Source: Heptranchias perlo (lineage: Eukaryota). Taken from it: a DNA stretch of 64,000 nucleotides. The translations under genes and the position numbers were made by a program. Below, piece after piece: positions 11,735 to 23,685 of this stretch. The notes below the pieces were generated by a model that saw only the letters and a program-made list of their open reading frames with translations, did no database searches and was not told the origin of the DNA. Within the stretch, counting starts at the first letter, position 1; each line of letters starts with the position of its first letter. The DNA lies in the NCBI RefSeq assembly GCF_035084215.1, contig NC_090357.1, positions 19,096,001 through 19,160,000 of the forward strand, read 5' to 3'.

Positions 11735-13516
11735 ATCCCTTATAGTCAGAAACGGGAGAATTTATAATGGGGAACAGAGAAATGACAGAGCAATTGAAGA
11801 AATACGTTGGTTCTGTCTTCACGGAAGAGGACACAAATAACTTCCCAGAAATGCTGGGGAACCAAGGGACTAGTGAGGAGGAATGAAAGGAAATTAGTAT
11901 TAGTATAAAATAGTGCTGGAGAAATTAATGGGACTGAAAGCCGATAAATCCCCAGGACCTGATAATCTGCATCCCAGAGTACTAAAAGAGGTAGCCATGG
12001 AAATAGTGGATGCATTAGTTGTCATCTTCCAAAATTCTATAGATTATAGAACAGTTCCTGCAGATTGGCGGGTGGCAAATGTAACGCCACTATTTAAAAA
12101 AGGAGGGAAAGAGAAAACAGGGAACTACAGACCGGTTAGCCTAACATCAGTAGTAGGGAAAATGCTAGAGTCTGTTATAAAGGATGTGATAACAGGACAC
12201 TTAGAAAATATCAAAGGGATTAGACAAAGTCAACATGGATTTATGAAAGGGAAATCATGTTTGACAAATCCACTGGAGTTTTTTGAGGATGTAACTGGTA
12301 GAATAGATGAGGGAGAACCAGTGGATGTGATTTATTTGGATTTTCAGAAGTCCCACATAAGAGGTTAGTGTGCAAAATGAAAGCACATGGGATTGGTGGT
12401 AACATTCTGGCATGGATTGAAAATTGGTTAACACACAGGAAACAGAGAGTAGGAATAAATGGTTCTTTCTCTGGGTGGCAGGCAGTGACTAGTGGGGTAC
12501 CGCAAGGATCAGTACTTGGGCCCTAGCTATTCACAGTATATATCAATGATTTGGATGAGGGAACCAAATGTAATATTTTCAAATTTGCTGATGACACAAA
12601 ACTAATTGGGATTGTGAGTTGTGAGGAGGATGCAAAGAGGCTTCAAGGCAATTTAGACAAGTTGAGTGAGTGGGCAAATACATGGCAGATGCAGTATAAT
12701 GTGGATAAATGTGAAGTTAGCCACTTTGGAAGGAAAAACAGAAAGGCAGAGTATTATTTAAATGGTGATAGATTGGGGAATGTTGATGTACAAAGAGACC
12801 TGTGTGTCCTTGTACACTAGTCGCTGAAAGCAAACATGCAGGTGCAGCAAGCAGTTGGGAAGACAAATGGTATGTTGGCCTTCATTGCAAGAAGATTTGA
12901 GTACAGGAGCAAGGATGTCTTACTGCAGTTATACAGGGCCTTGGTGAGACCACACCTGGAGTATTGTGTGCAGTTTTGGTCTCCTTACCTAAGAAAGGAT
13001 ATACTTGCCATAGAAGGAGTGCAGCGAAGGTTCACTAGACTGATCTCTGGGATGGTAGGACTGTCGTATGAGGAGAGATTGGGTCGACTAGGCCTGTATT
13101 CACTAGAGTTTAGAAGAATGAGGGGGATCTCATTGAAACATATAAAATTCTGACAGGGCTAGACAGACTGGATGCAGGGAGGATGTTTCCCCTGGCTGGG
13201 GGTCCAGAACAAGGGGTCATAGTCTCAGGAAATGGGGTAGGACATTTAGGACTGAGATGAGGAGAAATTTCTTTACTCAGAGGGTGGTGAACCTGTGGAA
13301 TTCTCTACCACAGAAGGCTTTGGAGGCCAAGTCACTGAATATATTTAAGAAGGAGCTAGATAGATTTCTAGACACAAAAGGCATCAAGGGGTATGGGGAG
13401 AGAGCGGGAATATGGTATTGAGATAGAGGATCAGCCATGATCATACTGAATGGCGGAGCAGGCTCGAAGGACCGAATGGCCTACTCCTGCTTCTATTTTC
13501 TATGTTTCTGTGTTTC
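11735..13516 (+). mobile_element. CR1 LINE, 5'-truncated, frameshifted ORF2
   Basis: ORFs 11913-12368, 12551-12820 and 12836-13153 carry RT motifs (FADDTK); (TTTCTATG)-type tail. Confidence 0.93.
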
Positions 13517-13902
13517 AATGGTTTTGTTTATCAGCAATAACATAAATAGATGCAAGTCACCTCCTCTTAATCTGTCAGATAGCCTCTTAATTTGGTAGTT
13601 ATTCTTCAGATCGTGTTGTGTATTCGGCTTCAAGGCAAAGGCAAAAGAATTCCTTTAAAACAACTCACAGATGTCCATTATAAACTCACAGCACATTATC
13701 TGAGCTATAGTTTTATACGAACAAGATATAAAATAGAAATATGTTATGTGTGATGAAGGATGCGGCCCACATCCATCACACCTTTACAATGTTTTGCAAA
13801 TTAAATTGCTGGATAGGGTGATTTTTGTCAGTTCATGTCACAGAATGTCACCTTATCAATTCATGCATCAAATTAATCATTCTTTGTTTAATTTCTATTT
13901 AC

Positions 13903-14223
13903 CTTCCTGTTCAGCTTTTATCCAAACACTTGCGTTTCCCCAGCCGTAGCTGTTGTTTGCCGTACACCAGTAGACTCCGCCATCTTCAGACTGCAAATGT
14001 TTTATCTTTACTATTGAACTATTTAATTCAGCTGCGATTTGTAACATCTCAGTGTGGTTTTCCCTGTCCTTCATCCAGATCAAAGAGGATGCTGGGTTAC
14101 TATCCACAGAGCATCTCAGTTCCAGGAATGAGTCAGGAGGGACAATGATGGGACTGCTGGTCACAGGATGGTAACTGTCTGTGTTGTTCAACCTGTATAT
14201 TATTTTGGGATCTTGTGGTCCAT
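13903..14223 (-). CDS. IgSF receptor gene A, exon 4: C2/I-set Ig domain
   Basis: AG at 14225-14224, GT at 13902-13901, 321 nt, phase 1-1. (Y)GPQDPKI..LRCSVDSNPASSLIW..DGGVYWCTANNSYG..KAEQE. Confidence 0.9.
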
Positions 14224-14429
14224 CTAACAGTAAAATGGAATTAAAAGATTTGTACCATGCTAACTACATAGAAAAGAACCTGAATTTACTACATTTGCAG
14301 AAATATAATAACTGTAAATTAATTCATAAATATATACAAGTTCATAGAATCATAGAATCATAGAAGTTACAACATGGAAACAGGCCCTTCGGCCCAACAT
14401 GTCCATGTCGCCCAGTTTATACCACTAAG

Positions 14430-17378
14430 CTAGTCCCAATTGCCTGCACTTGGCCCATATCCCTCGATACCCATCTTCCCCATGTAACTGTCCAAATGCT
14501 TTTTAAAAGACAAAATTGTACCCGCCTCTACTACTGCCTCTGGCAGCTCGTTCCAGACACTCACCACCCTTTGAGTGAAAAAATTGCCCCTCTGGATCCT
14601 TTTGTATCTCTCCCCTCTCACCTTAAATCTGTGCCCCCTCGTTATAGACTCCCCTACCTTTGGGAAAAGATTTTGACTATCGACCTTATCTATGCCCCTC
14701 ATTATTTTATAGACTTCTATAAGATCACCCCTTAACCTCCTACTCTCCAGGGAATAAAGTCCCAGTCTGTCTAACCTCTCCCTATAAGTCAAACCATCAA
14801 GTCCCGGTAGCATCCTAGTAAATCTTTTCTGCACTCTTTCTAGTTTAATAATATCCTTTCTATAATAGGGTGACCAGAACTGTACACAGTACTCCAAGTG
14901 TGGCCTCACCAATGCCCTGTACATCTTCAACAAAACATCCCAACTCCTGCATTCAATGTTCTGACCAATGAAACCAAGCATGCTGAATGCCTTCTTCACC
15001 ACCCTATCCACCTGTGACTCCACTTTCAAGGAGCTATGAATCTGTACTCCTAGATCTCTTTGTTCTATAACTCTCCCCAACGCCCTACCATTAACGGAGT
15101 AGGTCCTGGCCCGATTCGATCTACCAAAATGCATCACCTCACATTTATCTAAATTAAACTCCATCTGCCATTCATCGGCCCACTGGCCCAATTTATCAAG
15201 ATCCCGTTGCAATCCTAGATAACCTTCTTCACTGTCCACAATGCCACCAATCTTGGTGTCATCTGCAAACTTACTAACCATGCCTCCTAAATTCTCATCC
15301 AAATCATTAATATAAATAACAAATAACAGCGGACCCAGCACCGATCCCTGAGGCACACCGCTGGACACAGGCATCCAGTTTGAAAAACAACCCTCGACAA
15401 CCACCCTCTGTCTTCTGTCGTCAAGCCAATTTTGTATCCAATTGGCTACCTCACCTTGGATCCCATGAGATTTAACCTTATGTAACAACCTACCATGCGG
15501 TACCTTGTCAAATGCTTTGCTGAAGTCCATGTAGACCACGTCTACTGCACAGCCCTCATCTATCTTCTTGGTTACCCCTTCCAAAAACTCAATCAAATTC
15601 GTGAGACATGATTTTCCTCTCACAAAACCATGCTGACTGTTCCTAATTAGTCCCTGCCTCTCCAAATGCCTGTAGATCCTGTCCCTCAGAATACCCTCTA
15701 ACAACTTACCCACTACAGATGTCAGGCTCACTGGTCTGTAGTTCCCAGGCTTTTCCCTGCCGCCCTTCTTAAACAAAGGCACAACATTTGCTACCCTCCA
15801 ATCTTCAGGCACCTCACCTGTAGCGGTGGATGATTCAAATATCTCTGCTAGGGGACCCGCAATTTCCTCCCTAACCTCCCATAACGTCCTGGGATACATT
15901 TCATCAGGTCCCGGAGATTTATCTACCTTGATGCGCGTTAAGACTTCCAGCACCTCCCTCTCTGTAATATGTACACTCCTCAAGACATCACTATTTATTT
16001 CCCCAAGTTCCCTAACATCCATGCCTTTCTCAACCGTAAATACCGATGTGAAATATTCATTCAGGATCTCACCCATCTCTTGTGGTTCCGCACTTAGATG
16101 ACCTTTTTGATCCTTAAGAGGCCCTACTCTCTCCCTAGTTACCCTTTTGCCCTTTATGTATTTGTAGAAGCTCTTTGGATTCACCTTTGCCTGATCTGCC
16201 AAAGCAATCTCATATCCCCTTTTTGCCCTCCTGATTTCTCTCTTAACTCTACTCCGGCAATCTCTATACTCTTCAAGGGATCCACTTGATCCCAGCTGCC
16301 TATGCATGTCATATGCCTCCTTCTTATTTTTGACTAGTGCCTCAATCTCCCGAGTCATCCAAGGTTCCCTACTTCTACCAGCCTTGCCCTTCACTTTATA
16401 AGGAATGTGCTTACCCTGAACCCTGGTTAACACACTTTTGAAAGCCTCCCACTTACCAGACGTCCCTTTGCCTGCCAACAGACTCTCCCAATCAACTTCT
16501 GAAAGTTCCTGTCTAATACCATCAAAATTGGCCTTTCCCCAATTTAGAATTTTAACTTTTGGGCCAGACCTATCCTTCTCCATAGCTATCTTAAAACTAA
16601 TGGAATTATGATCACTGGTCCCAAAGTGATCCCTCACTAACACTTCTGTCACCTGCCCTTCCTTATTTCCCAAGAGGAGGTCAAGTTTTGCCCCCTCTCT
16701 AGTCGGGCCATCCACATACTGAATGAGAAATTCCTCCTGAATACACTCAACAAATTTCTCTCCATCCAAGCCCCTAATGCTATGGCTGTCCCAGTCAATG
16801 TTGGGAAAGTTAAAGTCCCCTACTATTACCACCCTATTTTTCTTGCAGCTGTCTGTAATCTCCTTACATATTTGCTCCTCAATTTCCCGTTGACTATTTG
16901 GGGGTCTGTAGTACAATCCTATCAAAGTGATCTCTCCCTTCTTATTTTTCAGTTCTACCCATATGGACTCAGTGGGCGAACCCTCGGATATATCCCCTCT
17001 CACTACTGCCGTGATGTTCTCCCTAATCAAGAACGCAACTCCCCCTCCTCTCTTACCTCCTGCTCTATCTTTCCTATAGCATCTGTACCCTGGAACATTG
17101 AGCTGCCAGTCCTGCCCCTCCCTTAGCCATGTTTCAGTAATAGCTATAACATCCCAGTCCCATGTACTCATCCATGCCCTGAGTTCATCTGCCTTGCCCA
17201 TCAGACTTCTTGCATTGAAATAAATGCAGTTTAATCTAGACTTCCCTTGGTCTTTGCCCTGCTTTCTCAGACCATCTGTCCGGTCATGTTCTGTACACTC
17301 TCCCTTACTGCCTTTTGTTTCTGTCACCACTTTATTTCCCACTGACTTCCTGCATCGGTTCCCATCCCCCTGCCACAT
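14430..17378 (-). CDS. CR1 ORF2: AP endonuclease + reverse transcriptase (982 aa from the ATG overlapping the ORF1 stop)
   Basis: YFNARSL, ITETW, GDFN and SDH endonuclease motifs; QGSVLGP and FADDTK RT motifs; no stops. Confidence 0.93.
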   Translation of the reverse strand: MWQGDGNRCRKSVGNKVVTETKGSKGECTEHDRTDGLRKQGKDQGKSRLNCIYFNARSLMGKADELRAWMSTWDWDVIAITETWLREGQDWQLNVPGYRCYRKDRAGGKRGGGVAFLIRENITAVVRGDISEGSPTESIWVELKNKKGEITLIGLYYRPPNSQREIEEQICKEITDSCKKNRVVIVGDFNFPNIDWDSHSIRGLDGEKFVECIQEEFLIQYVDGPTREGAKLDLLLGNKEGQVTEVLVRDHFGTSDHNSISFKIAMEKDRSGPKVKILNWGKANFDGIRQELSEVDWESLLAGKGTSGKWEAFKSVLTRVQGKHIPYKVKGKAGRSREPWMTREIEALVKNKKEAYDMHRQLGSSGSLEEYRDCRSRVKREIRRAKRGYEIALADQAKVNPKSFYKYIKGKRVTRERVGPLKDQKGHLSAEPQEMGEILNEYFTSVFTVEKGMDVRELGEINSDVLRSVHITEREVLEVLTRIKVDKSPGPDEMYPRTLWEVREEIAGPLAEIFESSTATGEVPEDWRVANVVPLFKKGGREKPGNYRPVSLTSVVGKLLEGILRDRIYRHLERQGLIRNSQHGFVRGKSCLTNLIEFLEGVTKKIDEGCAVDVVYMDFSKAFDKVPHGRLLHKVKSHGIQGEVANWIQNWLDDRRQRVVVEGCFSNWMPVSSGVPQGSVLGPLLFVIYINDLDENLGGMVSKFADDTKIGGIVDSEEGYLGLQRDLDKLGQWADEWQMEFNLDKCEVMHFGRSNRARTYSVNGRALGRVIEQRDLGVQIHSSLKVESQVDRVVKKAFSMLGFIGQNIECRSWDVLLKMYRALVRPHLEYCVQFWSPYYRKDIIKLERVQKRFTRMLPGLDGLTYRERLDRLGLYSLESRRLRGDLIEVYKIMRGIDKVDSQNLFPKVGESITRGHRFKVRGERYKRIQRGNFFTQRVVSVWNELPEAVVEAGTILSFKKHLDSYMGKMGIEGYGPSAGNWD

Positions 17379-17780
17379 TAGTTTAAACCCTCCCCAACAG
17401 CACTGGCAAACACTCCCCCTAGGACATTGGTTCCAGTCCTGCCCAGATGCAGACCGTCCAATTTGTACTGGTCCCACCTCCCCCAGAACCGGTTCCAATG
17501 GCCCAGGAATTTGAATCCCTCCAGCTTGCACCATCTCTCAAGCCACGTATTCATCTTAGCTATCCTGTCATTCCTACTCTGACTAACCCGTGGCACTGGT
17601 AGCAATCCTGAGATTACTACCTTTGAGGTCCTACTCTTTAGTTTAACTCCTAACTCCCTAAATTCAGCTTGTAGGACCTCATCCTGTTTTTTACCTATGT
17701 CGTTGGTGCCTATATGCACCACGACAACTGGCTGTTCACCCTCCCCCTCCAGAATGTCCTGCAGCCGCTCCGAGACATCA
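17378..17780 (-). CDS. CR1 ORF1 C-terminal part (SGNH/GDSL esterase-like), 5'-truncated
   Basis: VHIGTND and DGLH motifs; ends GEGLN*. Confidence 0.88.
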
Positions 17781-18262
17781 ACCCTTTTGTTTTATATTGA
17801 GAAAAAGACTCCTAGAGCAAGCTAGAAAAGTGTAGATGAGGTTAATCAGGTATTAGTTGTCAAGTGATGCCCAGTTTTGGTTTTTAAAGCCTGATGATTG
17901 TAAGAGGAAAGGAAGACTGAGATGTTGTACAATTTGGAGGTCTTGGTAGAGACTGAGTTACAGTAGGGGTCAGTGCGATGGGTTTTCAGTTCAACATAGA
18001 AGATAGGCGTAAAAGAAAGTGCTTGCAGAATGTCTTATTTGCAGTTTAGAAGTAACAAGGAGGAAGAGTTCAGACCATAGTAGCATTGATAAAATTGAGA
18101 GACAATTTAATAAATATTATAATCATACTTGCATTTCTGTAACAGAATGTTTCAAAGGCACATCACACGATGAATGAGTATAGTGACCGTTTTTTGTAGG
18201 AAAAATAACGTGGAAAGCCTGGTAATATACTAAGAATTACTGTGCTGTTAAAATAATAAAGA

Positions 18263-19034
18263 TGTACATGATCTCTCTCCCCTCCTGGGACTCCTGGGCG
18301 GTGTACAGGCATCGGATGGCCATGCTGGCTCAGACTATGGCGGTAGGGGCAGCCGAAGCCAGTTGAAACCCTGTTGTTTTAAAAACCCCACAGCAAGAAC
18401 TTCTCTGCCTTTTCCCTGAATGGTCAGAGTCTGACAAGACTGCCCTGCCGAACTCGGCAAGGAAGTGAAGCATGGCTTGAACCGAAAGTGACATAGCCAA
18501 GGTGATTGAAGCATGGCTTGGACAGGAAGAAACACAACGAGCACACATGAGTGCTGAAGAGGCACCAGACTGCAGATTAATCTAATCATGGCCCAGCACC
18601 AGCTAAACGAGGTACTTAACAAAAGGGACACTATAGGCCAAGGCCTGTACATGAGCAAAGGAACCAATTGAAGATTGGCCATGTAGCTGAGGCTGCATTA
18701 ATCGCCGGGCCCAACAGAATTGTGCATGAGGTGGCCATGCACTCAAAAGGTATGAGAGGGATGCCAAGTTCAGACCACACGGTGGAGAAGGACAATGAGC
18801 CAGGAAGGTTCCCTAAAGGCCAGAACAAGAACTTAAGGATACCGAGTCAGCACGCTCCGTCACCTAAGGGAAAAACGGGAAGTAAAGCCCATATAATACC
18901 TGTACATTACTGCCCTGTTTATTAAACTATATGGACGCATGTGTTTAATAAATCTTTCCCAGTTGTTTTGAACGAATTGGTCTTACTGTCAATTTGTGCC
19001 AGTCGCAACCTTAAAAGTAAGCAAAATTCTTACA
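18263..19034. mobile_element. Possible solo LTR
   Basis: About 770-bp GC-richer island with TG...CA ends and TATA/AATAAA-like motifs; no convincing TSD. Confidence 0.3.
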
Positions 19035-19089
19035 TTTCATGCAGTTGAACGCAACAACCATTCAAGGCCAGAGGTATCCCAAACCCTCC

Positions 19090-19400
19090 ATGCAGTGAAC
19101 AATTAGTTAATCTGTTTACTGTAGGTATTTGCTGCTAGGGGGATTATTGATCAGCACACTGGGTAACTACCTGCTTTTCCTCAATTAGAGCCACGGGATC
19201 ATCAGCATCGACCTGAACCAGCAGCCAGGACCTTGGTTTAACATACCCGAAGGACGGCACCTCCAGCAATGAAGCACATTCTCAGTACTCTATGTGACTT
19301 CCAGCCTAGATTATGAGGTCAAATCATGGCATGTAGTTAAAAGCCACAACTTTCTCGTGCAGGAGTGAGTGCGCTATTGAATGAACCAAACTGACGCAGT
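19090..19400 (-). mobile_element. Degenerate Deu-type SINE fragment
   Basis: GGTTTAACATCACCCGAAGGACGGCACCTCC..CAGCCTAGATTATG matches the SINE at 2540-2640. Confidence 0.65.
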
Positions 19401-19516
19401 TGTAAACTAAACCACAGACGAAAGTGGAATTGCTAATCGGACAGTGAGCATTTTTCTTATACCCTATATTCTTAAACATTACTAAAAATAACAATAATGT
19501 TAAGGATAATACTCAC

Positions 19517-19819
19517 ACAAAACATGTAGAATGACCTCATTTATTACTGGCTGTCTGAAAGTCACATGATTGATCTGACATCTACAGACGGTTCCGTGGT
19601 CTCTCACTTTAGGGACGATCTCAAGTCGGTTGGTGACAACAGATGTACCATCACCAGTTCTTTTTGTGATCAGTGTAGTGACGTTTGTGGAGATGTTTAT
19701 TCCATGACATGCCCAAATAAAGGAGATATTCTCAGAGTACAACCCCTTTGCAGAACAGGTCAGGCTGGACTTACGTCCAGCAACCAAAGCACCATCTACA
19801 ATAGAAACTTCAGGAGGTT
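19517..19819 (-). CDS. IgSF receptor gene A, exon 3: C1-like (SIRP/CD80-type constant) Ig domain
   Basis: AG at 19821-19820, donor GTGAGT at 19516, 303 nt, phase 1-1. LTCSAKGLYSENISFIW...VCRCQINHVTF. Confidence 0.9.
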
Positions 19820-20139
19820 CTGAGAGAGAGGACAAAACAGAATATATGAAACTATAAAGAACATATTCTACAGTGAATATTTATTAACATCATGTCCAGT
19901 GAAGTTAATGGCAACATTATTAGAGATTCATAGTGCTGCCATTCTGAAAATGTATTGAGTATCATAATGTAAAATAATTTATAGCTGAATAAATAGTTAA
20001 TTTTAAATTTAAATACACTTCGTTGTAGTTTCATGCAGAACCTGTTATTTTGGTTCAATGGAGACACAGCAGTAGTTAAAGTAGCCTTTTCTCTAGATCA
20101 AAAGAATCAAGAAACATAATATATGTTAGAGAATTACAC

Positions 20140-20379
20140 TAATGTCACTCTAGATCCCCGACAGACAGCTCCTTGGTCCCCCACTTTAGGAACAACCTCA
20201 AGCTGTCTGGTGACAACAGATGTACCATCACGAGTTCTTTTTGTGGTCAATGTAGTGACATTTGTAGAGATCTTTGTTCCATGATTTATCCAAGTAAAAG
20301 AGATATTCTCAGAGTAAAAGCCCTTGGCAGAGCAGGTACTGCAACCAATGCACCAGCCAAGTAGAAACTTCAGGAGGTT
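20140..20379 (-). pseudogene. Frameshifted tandem duplicate (pseudo-exon) of gene A exon 3
   Basis: Clear similarity to 19585-19860. Acceptor retained, deletions give TGA after 23 codons, 3' end and donor lost. Confidence 0.85.
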
Positions 20380-21299
20380 CTAGAGAAGGAGATAAAGTAC
20401 AATGCATGAAATTATGAGAAGGAAGAGCCAGAAATATTAAATGTTGGTACTGGCACGGTGGGTATATTTAAAAAATGGTTTCTAACTAAAGTTAAAATAG
20501 GTCCTCTGATGCTTTCTGCTGCATGTGACTACAAGATATGACAGCAAATAATCAGATTATCCATAATTGTATCAGTTAATTGCTACCCGATAAAATGCAG
20601 TAACCTGGTAAGTGTACTTTCAACATTGTCAGTTTTGGGCACATTTTGATATTGATTAATTCGACAGAAAGCTACTGCTACTGATGAATTAAAACACTTA
20701 TTTATCAAATAATTGTAAGAGATCCAAATAATTGAAGAAACTCTACATAATCTGACATGTTAGCAACATTGCAATGTAGCTTCGTCCAATATAGGCAGTA
20801 CGCCTGTCTGTTTTACACTGGAGTACTCCAGTAACCAGAGTGTAAGCTTAACAAAAGTTTGCAATTGTAAAAATTTCTGTAAGTTCCCTTGTTTTTAACA
20901 TGTTACAAATGAAAGGAAAATAAATAAACACTACAAAGGACGCCAGATGACATATGCACCCAAAGAGGCAGGTAGAAATAAATCTTCTGAGAGTCCCAGA
21001 AATAGAAAGATTTTTGGAAATTGCACGGTTTGTAAACTTGTCAATTTCTAGTGAAAAAATGAGTAAATTCTTCTCAGGAATTTTTTTCGAAATCTGTGAT
21101 ACAATGGTATAACTAGAAGTGAAGAATGTAACTTATTATAACCGGATAATTCAAAGACATGTTTTGTGTTTAAAAAATGGAATTATCCTGAAATTTGAAT
21201 TAAGTGATATAAATAATGAAGGAAAGTATACATTTTTGCCAGAAAAGTTGAATTATCAGATAATTTGAATTAAGTAACTTTGAGTTATGAGGATTAGAC

Positions 21300-21820
21300 T
21301 TTTTTTTATTCGTTCATGGGATGTGGACGTCACTGGCAAGGCCTTACTGCCCTTGAGAAGGTGGTGGTGAGCCGCCTTCTTGAATCGTTGCAGTCCGTGT
21401 GGTGAAGGTTCTCCCACAGTGCTATTAGGTAGGGAGTTCCAGGATTTTGACTCAGTGACGATGAAGGAACGGTGATATATTTCCAAGTCGGGATGGTGTG
21501 TGACTTGGAGGGGAACGTGCGGGTGGTAGTGTTCCCATGTGCCTGCTGCCCTTGTCCTTCTAGGTGGTAGAGTTCGCGGGTTTGGGAGGTGCTGTCGAAG
21601 AAGCCTTGGCGAGTTGCTGCAGTGCGTCCTATGTATGGTACACACTGCAGCCACGGTGTGCCGGTGGTGAAGGGAGTGAATGTTTAAGGTGGTGGGTGGG
21701 GTGCCAATCAAGGGGGCTGCTTTGTCCTGGATGGTGTTGAGCTTCTTGAGTGTTATTGAAGCTGCACTCATCGAGGCAAATGGAGACTATTCCATCACAC
21801 TCCTGACTTGTGCCTTGTAG
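21300..21820 (-). mobile_element. Non-LTR retrotransposon 3' end (non-CR1-type shark LINE)
   Basis: ORF 21256-21771 looks like a post-RT C-terminus (IQDKAA..WNSLP..FKKAAHHHLL) followed by an A-rich tail. Confidence 0.75.
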
Positions 21821-23337
21821 AAACTGTACTTACATTGCAAAATCAGCCACTGAAAATGTTTAAATGAAATTACTGCATTTGAAGCTACTAAATCAGATGC
21901 TACCAGGAATCAAATAACTTTTTTTTCTTAAATGCTGCAGCTGTGAATCACCATAAATCAAACATAATTTGTAAACTGTAAGGCGACTGTAACGTTAACA
22001 ATTGCATATCAAACAATATGTTTGGTTTACATAGTAATAGAGTTTGCCATATTTGATTGCATTAATGGCAATGACAGCTTGCATTGAGTTAGTACCTTTA
22101 ATAATGTAACAAAAATCGCATGGCACTTTGTATAAAAAGGCCCAATGGGTGAAGGCACCGATTGGCATACTGTGCAATTATATTTCTATTTTCATGCCAA
22201 TGGGCAGTAGTTTTTTTTTGCCTGCATTAATGCCACTCAAAAGTTGGGTTGGCGATCAGACTCCTTATACATTAAAGCAAGAATTGTGAGACCACCTCCA
22301 ACAACATGCCTTTAACGTAATAAAAAAGTCCCAGGGCACTTCACAGCATGGACATCAAGCAGTAATAGGAATGTTGGGAGAGACGCAGTAAGCTGAAAAG
22401 ATTTAGCAAGGGAGTCCAGAGAGTGGACCATGGTGGCTGTAATGGCTATGCATCAATGGCATATGGTGGGTGGGGGGGGGCAGTGTTAGAGATATACAGG
22501 TGGCCAGGATTGATGGACCAAAGGACATAGGCTATGATATAAGACTGGAGGAGATTGGAAAGTTGGTATGACGTGAGAACATGAAGGAATTTGTAAACTG
22601 GGGCAAGGAGTTTTGAAATTCCAATCGATAGTCTTTCACTACTTGGAGTTTGTTTCAGGTGTAGGTCAACTCTAGACCCTCATGAATCACATTTCAAAAG
22701 TGCCTGGGCACAGGATAATAAACGTTACCAGAGATCTCCTTTCTCATTGCTCCTAGTAAGTCAGATGAAACTCTTTTTTAACAGCAGTAGCATTATATTT
22801 ATAAAACGTACAATGTGTTATTCTGCTGTTAAAATGGAGCTGTGTTTAAGGCAGCCTGTCCATTTAAAGGCATATAATGCAGTTCCTATAAACAACCACA
22901 GTCTGAGGTTAGAGTTTCATTGCTATTTGGTGAGGAAAGTTTTCAGATTGAAAAGTGCGGATAAATTTTAAGGTTCCCATTAAAAAAAAACAGCCTGATT
23001 AGTTGTTTTTCTTCCTCTTTTTCAAACTTTTCACGCTTTGAAGTACAACATCCGAAGTGCGACATTTCAAAGCTTTTGGATGGAAATATAGATGAGAAAG
23101 TGGACTCCTGTACTCATTTCCTCACAACAGTAACAACTAGCTGCCCTATGCCTCTCTAGAAGCTTGTGTACAAGCGCACATGCACAGAGCCGAATAAGCA
23201 CAGCCTGTCCTACAATTTAGGTCTGCTAGTGCACACTGCATTAAGCCTGAGACTGGTATCTGTAGTTATATTATGTATGTGTGTAAAATATAAATGACGT
23301 TGTTATCTAACTGCAACACTATATGCAAATACTTTAC

Positions 23338-23685
23338 CATAAATCTGTATCCATGTTCCTTGTCCCCTTCTCTCTAACGGCGGGGAGACTGTCGGTATCT
23401 GCGCCAAACAGGTGTAATTATATTCAGAGTGATCAAAAGAAGCACGTTCAATCTTCAGTGATGCAATACAGTGGCTAAAACCACCCGGAGTACCGTCGGG
23501 AATGCAGATCAGGGTATTCTCTTCATTTTGAACATAAGGGGCCAGTGGAGATGTCTTGTACCAAGCTGTATAGACCCATTCACTATTAGTTCCATTATAA
23601 ATAAATGTACAGTTTATTGTGACTGACTTTCCTCTCAGGACACTGACCAGAGGCGGCTGAGTCACCTTCCCAAGGTGTGGGACAC
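23338..23685 (-). CDS. IgSF receptor gene A, exon 2: VJ-type V-set domain
   Basis: AG at 23687-23686, GT at 23337-23336, 348 nt, phase 1-1. VTQPP..VTINC..AWY..YTC..GQGTWIQI. Confidence 0.92.

Larger units (their letters stand above)
14344..17780 (-). mobile_element. Young CR1 LINE, truncated within ORF1, intact ORF2
   Basis: Uninterrupted APE endonuclease + RT frame, C-terminal half of the SGNH-esterase ORF1, (ATTCTATG)n 3' tail. Confidence 0.96.

Noticed and set aside
17379-17534. First 52 codons of the annotated 1034-aa ORF
   Set aside because: Alternative frame overlapping ORF1 from a non-ATG start; ORF2 homology begins at the junction.
23338-23685. Rearranging Ig/TCR V segment
   Set aside because: V and J-like strands are in one exon ending in a splice donor; no recombination signal heptamer/nonamer seen.
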